Shown here in pieces: positions 53,827 through 64,000 of a DNA stretch of 64,000 nucleotides. Position numbers and translations under genes: made by a program. The notes beneath the pieces are model-generated. The model was given only the letters and a program-made list of their open reading frames with translations, ran no database searches and had not been told where the DNA came from. Source of the stretch: Octopus vulgaris (lineage: Eukaryota); the NCBI GenBank assembly GCA_951406725.2, contig OX597831.1:29512001-29576000 (forward strand), written 5' to 3'. Within the stretch, counting starts at the first letter, position 1, and every line of letters starts with the position of its first letter.

Positions 53827-54068
53827 ATTTATATATTCACACTTCTGCCCATGCTGATTTCTCCATGTTATGATTCCTTATTCTTATGATTCTTGGATGC
53901 TTTATTTTGGTGCTTATATAAGATGGATTCTTTTTTATTTATCGCAGTTCTTTATGGGGACGGATAGAATGCTAGATTAAGCAAAATCTATTTTTCTAGA
54001 AATAAACGAAACGGCAAATAAAAAAACGAGGTACGTTACTTTTGAAAAGTCATCTGAGCGGACTCGTC

Positions 54069-54225
54069 TCCATTTTATTTCTCACAATTTTCATATAAAA
54101 TCTACGGATTCAAAGAAATTTCTGAAGTAAATCAACTGGCATATACCTCCATGCTGTTGTTGACATCAGGTAGCCGAATACTACGAACGGGCTTAACAAC
54201 ATATTACATGACAACTGAGTGTGTA

Positions 54226-54283
<58 letters not shown>

Positions 54284-54346
54284 CGTTGCGGAAGAAGTTT
54301 AATACTCAAGTGTGTTTGCGTATAATTATATATTTGTGTTGGTTGT

Positions 54347-54395
<49 letters not shown>

Positions 54396-54668
54396 AATCG
54401 TTTGGGTGGGTAACAGTCTCATTGAAACGGCATGACAATTTAATCGTACAACATTTTACTTGTAAGGTACCGATGCATGATGTGACGAAACAATCGTAGT
54501 GGTCCTGAATAGCAATTCTCTCGAATTCCATTTTCTTTCTCACATTTTTCATATAAAATCTACGGACTCAAAAAAAATTCTTGAAGTAAAATCCAGTGAC
54601 ATATACCTCCATGCTGTTGTTGACATGAGATAGCCGAACACTACGAACGGGCTTTACAACATATTACA
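54069..54668. repeat. 140-bp direct repeat (54069-54208 / 54527-54668) enclosing an inverted copy of 55579-55860
   Basis: Direct comparison. Confidence 0.85.
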
Positions 54669-55237
54669 ATGAATGTTAATTAATGTGTTGCTTGCAAAGT
54701 TGTGCCAATTAGTTTCGTTATTAAAAATCTCAGAAATGATTTGGTCAGCTGCAGTTTTCAGTACACGAATGCGATCTTCTGGTCTGGTTTTGTAAATGGA
54801 ACAGTGGAAATATGTAAGTGTTGCCTAAAAGTTCAAGCTGCAACTGTGTTTTCGTGAGCTGGTTCTCCAAATTCCAGCGATAGAAGTTTGTTTATTAGTT
54901 TAGAAGCATCGTCTTCTTTGTCGGGAGAATTTGAGGAATTTAAATAAGAATTTATACTCATCTATAACAGAGAAAATGTGTGAGTAGTAGTAGTAGTGGT
55001 GGTGGTGGTTGAAAAAGAAGAGGAGGAGGAGGGGAGGCAGAAGGAGAGAAAGGTGAAGAAGAAACGATGATGAAAGGGGAGGAAGAGGAGGAGAAGGAGG
55101 GAGAAGAGGAGGTGGGGAAGACGAAGAAGAAATGATGATGATGATGGAGGAGGTGGTGAAGAAGAACAACAACAACAAGAACATCAAATGATGATGATGG
55201 AGGTGGTGGAGAAGACGAAGAACAACAACGCCAAATG

Positions 55238-55268
<31 letters not shown>

Positions 55269-55398
55269 AGGTGGAGGAGGCGGAGAAGAAGAAAAAGAAG
55301 AAGAAAATTTAATTTCTGTGTTAGATTGAAAATAGAGAAAAAATAATTAAATCCAAATAAAATGGAAATTTAACGTAAAATGAAAAACACTTTTGTTG

Positions 55399-55430
<32 letters not shown>

Positions 55431-55614
55431 GGTGGTGGTGGTGATGGAACTAGTGTTAGTAATGATCGGTTGTGATGTCGGTGGCGGAGGTGGTTGCGAT
55501 AGTAGTGGTGGGTGTGGTGATGACGGAGGCGGCGGCGGCGTTGATGGTCGTGGTGTTTGAGCGATGATGAATGAAATATCAATGAGACAGTTACCCACCC
55601 AAACGATTATTTAC

Positions 55615-55678
<64 letters not shown>

Positions 55679-55796
55679 ACGCACAAACACTCTCTCTCAC
55701 ACACACCACAACCAACACAAATATATACTTATACGCAAACACACTTGAGTATTAAACTTCTTCCGCAACAAACACACACACACACACGCACACACA

Positions 55797-55837
<41 letters not shown>

Positions 55838-56154
55838 TACACACACAAACTCACACATTCAAATACCAACCTCATTACACAACCAACACATACACGCATA
55901 CACTCGGAAAAATGCACATATACATACACACCTACACACATTCACATTTATTACATATCTAAGGATGGTGCGATTAGACAATCGTTAGAGCGTTGGACAA
56001 AAAAAAATCAATCCATCCAGTTTTCCGCTCCCTATTCCTGGTAGAATCCCGGCGGGGCAGAGGCCTCAGGCCCCTCCTCTATAGATCCCTATCAGAAGCA
56101 ACCGTTATTACACTTTCCGGTTGGATTCCCAGGAGTGACCAATGGAATAGTGGA

Positions 56155-56722
56155 TATTCTTTTCTACTCTAGACACAAGGACCGAAATTTTGGGGGATGG
56201 GCAGAGGGGCAGTCGATTAGTACTTAATTTATCGACCCCGAAAGGATGAAAGGGAAAGTCGAACACGGCAAAATTTGAACTCAGAAGGTAAAGACAGATG
56301 AAATACCTATTTCTTTACTACCCACAAGGGGCTAAACACAGAGGGGACAAACAAGGACAGACAAACGGATTAATTCGATTACATCGACTCCAGTGCATAA
56401 ATGGTACTTATTTAATCGACCCCGAAAGGACGAAAGGGAAGGTCGAACACGGCAAAATTTGAACTCAGAACATAAAGACAGATGAAATACCTATTTCTTT
56501 ACTACCCACAAGGGGCTAAACACAGAGGGGACAAACAAGGACAGACAAATGGATTAAGTCGATTATATCGACCCCAGTACATAAATGGTACTTATTTAAT
56601 CGACCCCGAAAGGATGAAAGCAAAGTCGACCTCGCCGGAATTTGAACTCAGAACGTAGCGGCAGACGAAATACCGCTAAGATTTTCGCCCGGCGTGCTAA
56701 CGATTCTGCAAGCTCGCCACCT
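56155..56722 (-). mobile_element. SINE B trimer
   Basis: Two GAAATA|GGTATTTC junctions ~183 bp apart; last unit has the old-type tail. Confidence 0.9.
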
Positions 56723-56998
56723 TGAGACAATGAATATTATCCAACCATCCCGTTCATGGTTTACACCTTGGTTTCCTACCACGTGATTCTACCTGAAGAA
56801 TCTACTGAGGCACCACCTTGAAGATTTTACTCGAACGAATTGACCTTAGTACTTGCTTTTCTTTAAAACCGGTGGGGGTTTACTCCATTGGCTCTCTTTT
56901 GCCGAACCACTAAGTTACAGGGATGTAAGCAAACCAACGTCTGTTGCTAGAAGTCAAACACAAACACAACACACACATAAATATATACATACACACAC

Positions 56999-57040
<42 letters not shown>

Positions 57041-57854
57041 CACACACACTTGTATGCATATACATACGGCAGGCTTCTTTCAGTTTCCGTATGACAAATC
57101 CACTTGTAAGGCGTTGGCCGGCCGGTGTTATAGTACAAGAAACTTGACCAAGGCATCGTGCTGGGGAACTGAACTCAGAACCTTGAGGTTAGAAAGCAAG
57201 CTTCTTACCACATAGCCATATCTAATTATATTTAATTGATTAATTTTTTCGTGGTTCTATCCCCTCCACATTTTGACGAAAATTTCCCGTTGTTCTCTTC
57301 AATTAAATGCAAGGTTTTAATTAATTAAATTTATTGACCTACTAACTTAAATATGTTAGTATTTGCTATTAAAATGACTTACAGACACTGTGTGCGTGTG
57401 TCTGTGCGTATGTGCGTGTGTGTGTGCGTACGTGCGTGTGTGTGCGAGGCTTGCTGAGTAAATGGATGTCTAGTGGAATTAATTATTATTAAGTGGTCGT
57501 TAAATAAGATCCAGTTATTAGTCATGTTCGCCAGGAAAGGAAAATTTAGAAATAACAACCACCTGACCTCGTCATTATCTTCTCCACGGAGCCATGCAAA
57601 AACAGGGGGCAAAAATGGCGGAATTTGGCCTCTAAATAGATTCTAATCAAAATGTCAGCCAGGACTGAATGACTGCATAACTAGAGGAGACGGTTGGCTG
57701 GTTGGTTTGTTGGTTTGTCGGTTGGCTGGTTGGCTGCTTGGTCGGTTGGTTCGAAGGAAGGCTCTTTGGATGGTGTGACGCTCGTTTATGTCTTTGTATC
57801 AGCTTCCTTTCTCTCTCCTTTTTATCCCTCGCTTCTCTTCTCATCTCTGTCTCT

Positions 57855-57930
<76 letters not shown>

Positions 57931-58249
57931 ATAGATAGATAAATAGATAGATAGATTGATTGATAGGTAAACAGACAGACAGACACACTGACAAATAATT
58001 GGATATATAGATTAACAGATAGGTAGATAAATAAATAGGTATATAGATAGATAATAAATAGATAAGTAGATACATAATTTACTAGCGTGTATATATATGT
58101 GTGTGTGTGTATGTGTATGTGTGTGTGTGTGTATACAGAGAGAGAGCGGGAGAATTCTCTGTTCAACATATATCTTTGTCCATCCCTCAACTTCACTTAG
58201 TCTTTCTCTCTTTATCTCTCTCTCTCTCTCTTTATCTGTCTTACATCGC

Positions 58250-58422
<173 letters not shown>

Positions 58423-58678
58423 ATCTAACTGCCTGTTTCCACCTCAGTCACTCTCGCTTAATTGTGGTCAACAATGTCAGCGATAAATAAAACAAAAACT
58501 ACAATCCTAAACCACAACTAAAGCAAATAAAACAGGAAGTCACCAAAAACGACGCCGAATCTATCAATTTATCTCTTGTGTCTCCCTATCTGTCTGTCTG
58601 TATCTATATACGTACACACTTCCGTCTGTCTATCCACCCATCCATGTATTTAAGTATTTTTAAATATTTATAAGTTCT

Positions 58679-58741
<63 letters not shown>

Positions 58742-58781
58742 TCACTCACTCACACATAAACACACACACGCATGCGCGCAG

Positions 58782-58816
<35 letters not shown>

Positions 58817-58909
58817 CTGTATATGTGTATCCAGTGCCATCCAGAATTCTGAAGCAATGATTCAGAAATGCCAGAAAGCGATTTGAGTGGAGCTGTGTCG
58901 GCATGGCTG

Positions 58910-59413
58910 TATGGCTGTGTGGTGATAAGTTTGCCTCCCAACCACATGATTCCAGGGTTCAATTCCACCGAGTGGCATTTTAGGCAAGCGTTTTCTACTA
59001 GAGCCCCATGCCCACGAAAGCCTTGTCAGTGGAAATGGTAGACGGAAACTGAAGTAGCTCATCATATATGTGTCTGCGTTGTGTGTGTGTATGTGTGTGT
59101 GTGCGTGTGTGTGCGCTCGTTCGCGCGTGTTTGTCCCGCTAAATGACGGGACATAAACACACCAGCATCGGCTGTCAAGCAATGCTAGGGGGACAAACAC
59201 AAACACACAGTCATACACACACACACACACACACACATATACATATATACAACGGGCTTCTTTCCGTTTCCGTCTATCAAATCCACTCACAAGGCATTGG
59301 TCGACCCGAGGCTATAGTAGAAGACACTTGCCCAAAACGCCACGCAGTGGGACTGAACCCTGAACCAAGTGGTTGGTAAGCAAGCTACTCACCACACAGC
59401 CATTCTTGCACCT
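58910..59413. mobile_element. Convergent pair of SINE A halves
   Basis: Old + copy at 58910-59135 abuts a younger - copy at 59143-59413. Confidence 0.8.
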
Positions 59414-59578
59414 AATAACACTGTAAGTCGGGGGTGTCTTATATCAATCGAATGATAAATACTTTGATTTTATTCGGTTTTCTTCGATCCATGTCTAATA
59501 AGGACGTTGTTATTTAACTATCAACGTATCCGAAAACAATTGCTAGAATCTAATAATGATATTCATGAGAAAAATCTC

Positions 59579-59949
59579 CTACCAACCACATGGTTCCGGG
59601 TTCAGTCCCACTGCGCGGCACCTTGGGCAAGTGTCTTCTACTATAGCCTCGGGCTGACCAAAGCCTTGTGAGTGGATTTGGTAGACGGAAACTGAAAGAA
59701 GCCCGTCGTATATATATGTATATATATATGTGTGTGTGCGTGTGTTTGAGTTTGTCCCCCTAGCATTGCTTGACAACCGATGCTGGTGTGTTTATGTCCC
59801 CGTCACTTAGCGGTTCGGCAAAAAGAGACCGATAGAATAAGTACTGGGCTTACAAAGAATAAGTCCCGGGGTCGAGTTGCTCGACTAAAGGCGGTGCTCC
59901 AGCATGGCCGCAGTCAAATGACTGAAACAAGTAAAAAGAGTAAAAGAGA
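59579..59949 (+). mobile_element. SINE A, young, 5'-truncated
   Basis: Homology. Confidence 0.9.
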
Positions 59950-60472
59950 ATGTCTATCCATCCATACATACATACATCCATCACTCCATCCATCCATCCA
60001 GCCAGCCAGCCAGCTAACCAGCCAGCCATTGATTTTCGTCCGCTATTCTTTCGAAGATCCTTGGGATAAATCTTCAGACACCTTCTCCATGAGACTTTAT
60101 CGGAAGCATCTGTCATTACACTTTTTGGCTGGATCCCTTGTGCGCAAAATGGTATCTAAATTATTGCCCATCTTCAGCATCGATTACCAAATTAATTAAC
60201 GTATACCAACCCCCGCTCACAAAAATATTGAAATTTACTAACCCTTCCTCATTATTGATGAGAAGCCAATACTGTGGTTACATTCATTTGATTCCGCTTT
60301 CGGAATTAAAAAGGTTTGAAACCAGTGATTTTCAACCATTTTTCACTTATAGACCCATTTGATCCATATATTTCTCGAATGGCCCCTTGTAGCCATTCTA
60401 TGTTTAAAAAGAACCCCGTTATATTTTCATAATTAAATGTTATAGGAAATTATATTTAAAAAGTTATTAAAA

Positions 60473-60928
60473 TACGAGGAGGTGGTGAAAAGTTCCTAAC
60501 TTTCTTATTTCTTTATTGCCCACAAGGGGCTAAACATAGAGGGAGCAAACAAGGACAGACAAATGGATTAAGTCGATTATATCGACCCCAGTGCGTAACT
60601 GGTACTTAATTTATCCACCCCGAAAGGATGAAAGGCAAAGTCGACCTCGGTGGAATTTGAACTCAGAACGTAACGGCAGACGAAATACCGCTAAGCATTT
60701 CGCCCGGCGTATTAACGTTTCTACCAGCTCGCCGCCTTTCTGGGTATCGCGAAAGGCCCAAGTGGAGACCCAACCTTCCGAGTTCTTTTACAGGGCTTTG
60801 AAGAACTGAAGGACCACCTGCTATAAGTGTGAATCTGAGTGGGGAATATATTGAATAAAATCATAATTAACTGATCCTCCTGTATTTTTCTTTCAACCAA
60901 AACCAAGAAATTTTCAGCATCCCCTCGT
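60473..60928 (+). mobile_element. mariner-derived MITE with SINE B insertion (60505-60738, minus)
   Basis: TIRs TACGAGG..TGAAAAGTTCCT / AGAAATTTTCAGCATCCCCTCGT; remnant QPSEFFYRALK...VNLSGEYIE*. Confidence 0.85.
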
Positions 60929-60961
60929 GTTTTGTATATTGTAGAAGTTTAACCAGCTTAA

Positions 60962-61060
60962 CGGGCATATGGCGTAGTGGTTAAGAGCGCGGGCTACTAA
61001 CTCCCAAATTCCGAGTTCAATTCCAGGCAGTGACATGAATAATAATAATAATAATAATAA
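60962..61060 (+). mobile_element. tRNA-like SINE head + (AAT)n (family of 63467)
   Basis: A box TGGCGTAGTGG, B box GAGTTCAATTCC. Confidence 0.8.
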
Positions 61061-61099
61061 TTTTAACCCGTTTATTGCAAATAAATTTGAAGTAAATCT

Positions 61100-61680
61100 T
61101 ATATGGACCTCCAAGGTCATATCGATCCTCAGGCCCCTTCTCTTTTGGGTCCTGTCAGAAGCAACCATTATCACATTTTCCAGCTGGATTCCGAAGCGTG
61201 GCCAACCAAAACTATAGTTGTAATCCAATCATCTCGTTCTTGGTCTAGTCTTAAATCTCCTGCCAGCTGGCTGGTTGTGAAGAATCTATCTTGCGGTTCT
61301 TTCTTTCCACATTCTAAACTCATGCCTGTGATATCGGAGCTGTGACTTCTCAATACCGAAAATAGCGGCTTGACTTGAAGAGACTCTTTGGTAACCAAGC
61401 TGCGCGAGAATGTGGATTGTCAAAAGTAATAATATACTGTGCAATTTCTTGAAATTTCAGGAAGATATCTTTTACATGTGACTTCAATGCAGACATATGT
61501 GTGCACTTTGGTAACAGCAGGTGAGAACTGTAGGAGGACGGCAGAACTGAAGCTAAATATACGAGTAAACGACTTCAGAAATAGAACTTGTCGTGTCTAG
61601 AGAGGAATTTGGTTGAGATATAAATGATGTCTGTGAATTTGGAACCCGTACTGCGCATAAATCTCAAGATTTGTTTTATT
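61100..61680 (+). mobile_element. Decayed LINE 5' region and APE remnant
   Basis: (G/C)DFNA motif near 61478; 61127-61205 is similar to 56064-56142. Confidence 0.5.
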
Positions 61681-62305
61681 ACGATATTGCCCCCTTCTGT
61701 AGAATCTCAGACCGAGATCAGTTGACCATGGATTAGCTTCAACAAGATGATGATGACGATGATGATGATGACGATGGTGGTGGTGGTAGGGATTTTGATG
61801 ATGATGATGATGAGGAGGAGGAGGAGGAGGAGGAGGAGGATAACGACGTCAACGACGAAGACGATGATGACGATGATGATGATGATGATGATGATGAACA
61901 GTCTGAGTGATGTTGTTAACACCGATATGTTTTCGAAATGGAATTTCCTCAGCCCATTCCTTTCAGTACCTGATGAACTAGAAATGTTTGAATCGGCTCC
62001 AGCAGGCATTGCCAACAATAACCCAGTGAGAACAGAAGAAAACAAATCAGATTGAACCAAGAACCTCAACGTATTCGGTTGTCAAATGAATTCGCTTCTT
62101 ATTTTCCTTTTTAAAGCCTGGTACATATTCTATCGGTATCGTTTTGCCGAACCGCTAATTTACAGCTACGTAAACACACCAACACCGGTTTTCAAATTGT
62201 GGAGGGTACAAACACATACACACACACACACATACATACATACATACATACATACATACATACATACATACATACATACATACATGTGTGTGTGTGCGCG
62301 CGCGC

Positions 62306-62334
<29 letters not shown>

Positions 62335-62336
<2 letters not shown>

Positions 62337-62520
62337 GTTAATCCAAACATGAACAAGTAAGAAAAAACAACGCGATGACATGGAATAAGTACAGTGTTAT
62401 TGTACGCTCAGGAAAGGAAAGAAAGAGGATTTCACGTTTCGAGCGGAGCTCTTCGTCAGAAATATAGAAAAAGTCCAAAGAAGGGAAGACGGAGAAAGAA
62501 AATCGCCAAACATACACACG
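62335..62520 (-). mobile_element. Penelope-type pLTR with hammerhead (62429-62463), inside a SINE A microsatellite
   Basis: AUUU CUGACGA A GAGC UCC GCUC GAAACGUG AAAU; the GUG triplet is probably inactive. Confidence 0.75.
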
Positions 62521-62539
62521 CGATCACATATTATATATG

Positions 62540-62590
<51 letters not shown>

Positions 62591-62839
62591 GACGGGCTTC
62601 TTTTAGCTTCCGTCTACCAAGGCCCGAAGCTATAGCAGAAGACACTTGCCGAAGGTGCCATGCCATGCAGTAGGGCTGAACCCGGAACCATGTGGTTGAG
62701 AAGCAAAGTTCTTACCACACAGCCACATACGCGCCTAAACATATTACGCCGAACGTGTGAATAATCATTATCTTATCATATTTTAGATGGCGGGATCATC
62801 AGGTTCTTGTGCAATTATCACCAAATATTTACAATCTTA

Positions 62840-63153
62840 ATGACCCCCTTCGGTCATGAATGACCATGGGATTGCACCTAGAAAGTTTCCCTCCGAGGCA
62901 CAAGTCCGGTCAATGTTGTTTATGGAAGACCAGACGTCACCCATGTATACCAGTCTCCTCTCCCCACACCACTGATGTTATCCAAGGGAAAGACAAAGGC
63001 CGATACAGCTTGGCACCAGTGACGTCGCAACTCATTTCTACAGCTGAGTGAACTGGAGGAACGTGAAATAAAGTGTCTTGCTCAAGAACACAACACACAG
63101 CCCAGTCCAGGAATTGAACTCATCACCTCATGACTGTGAGTCTGACGCTCTAA
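62840..63153 (-). mobile_element. SINE family E
   Basis: Homology to 45737-46070. Confidence 0.85.
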
Positions 63154-63378
63154 TCGCCCCTTCTTAAGGAAGAAGAAAATCGAAGTGCTATCATGAACAT
63201 AGCTACGTGTCCAGTCATAGGGAAGACAGGTGACACAGTCGTAGAAACGGTTTGAAGTGTTGCAAATGCGTCAGTGCAAGAGATGGGGTTGTTGTGATTA
63301 GGATGGATTTTACTAGTTTTCAGCTTTATTTACATTATTTACATTCGACGGATATTTATCCTCATCTTGTTTGTTGTT

Positions 63379-63424
63379 AACACAACGTTTCGGCTGATAT
63401 ACCCTCCAGCCTTCTTCAGGTGTC
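63379..63424 (-). ncRNA. Minimal type-I hammerhead, intact core
   Basis: GACAC CUGAAGA A GGCUG(10 nt)CAGCC GAA ACGU U GUGUU. Confidence 0.8.
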
Positions 63425-63639
63425 TTGGGGGGAAATTTCGAACCTGGGTTCTCATTTCTAAGGTATATGCCCGCGGGAATAAAGCATAGTGGTTAAGAGC
63501 GCGGGCTAACCCCAAGATTCCGAGTTCGATTTCAAGCAGTGATCTAACTAATAATAATAATAATAATGATAATAATAATAACAACAACAACATCAAAAAA
63601 TACCTTAGGAATGAGAACCCAGGTTCGAAATTTCCCCAA

Positions 63640-63685
63640 GACACCCGAAGAAGGCTGGAGGGTATATCAGCCGAAACATTGTGTT
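63640..63685 (+). ncRNA. Minimal hammerhead, mutated copy
   Basis: Same fold, but CCGAAGA core and ACAU instead of ACGU. Confidence 0.65.
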
Positions 63686-64000
63686 AACAACAAACAAGAT
63701 GAGGACAAATATCCGTCGAATGTAAATAATGTAAATAATTCCTCATCTTTTAAATATAGAACTAGAGTTTTGAGGTGTTGCTGTAAGAGTTCTGGAATGT
63801 CATAGATGTGTCTGGACTGAGTAGAAGAGACAGTGGATTGGGTGATGTTGTAGTTGTATCCTGGGGTATTGTAGGTGTATGTGCACTGTGTGACAGAGAC
63901 AGAAAGAGAGCAGTCATGTGAAGATCACACGGTGAAGATGATCGTGCTAAAGCCATTACTACTGCTGTGTTGACGATGATGATGATGATGATGATGATGA

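Larger units (their letters stand above)
63326..63763 (+). mobile_element. tRNA-headed, hammerhead-tailed element with inverted upstream copy of the tail
   Basis: Inverted arm 63326-63466; head 63467-63549; (AAT)n; tail 63591-63763. Confidence 0.8.

Noticed and set aside
61897-62055. Possible exon or hammerhead (CUGAUGAACUAGAAA)
   Set aside because: No helix II; no recognisable peptide or supported splice sites

Overview
Extremely repeat-rich, AT-rich eukaryotic non-coding DNA (intron or intergenic). The SINE families and the huge (TA)n/(CA)n/(TATG)n/(AAT)n/(GATA)n tracts look like an octopod cephalopod genome (inference). I can support no intact host protein-coding gene; nearly all long ORFs in the track are microsatellite artefacts. 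The window is a mosaic of: about 20 copies each of two tRNA-derived SINEs (A and B), plus rarer SINEs; seven copies of a ~550-bp fixed-end element confined to (AAT)n tracts; decayed RTE, R4/Dong-type (RLE) and Penelope retroelements; mariner, maT, hAT and pogo MITEs; and a piggyBac-like left end with a promoter and a small repeat ORF. The most interesting signal is at RNA level: about 12 minimal type-I hammerhead ribozyme motifs from several Penelope-type families, some decayed. They include a G3-C8 compensatory core, a shared U6 core, and a tRNA-headed SINE whose tail is a hammerhead pLTR, duplicated in inverted orientation upstream of the head (63326-63763). All calls are by eye; coordinates of decayed repeats are approximate.
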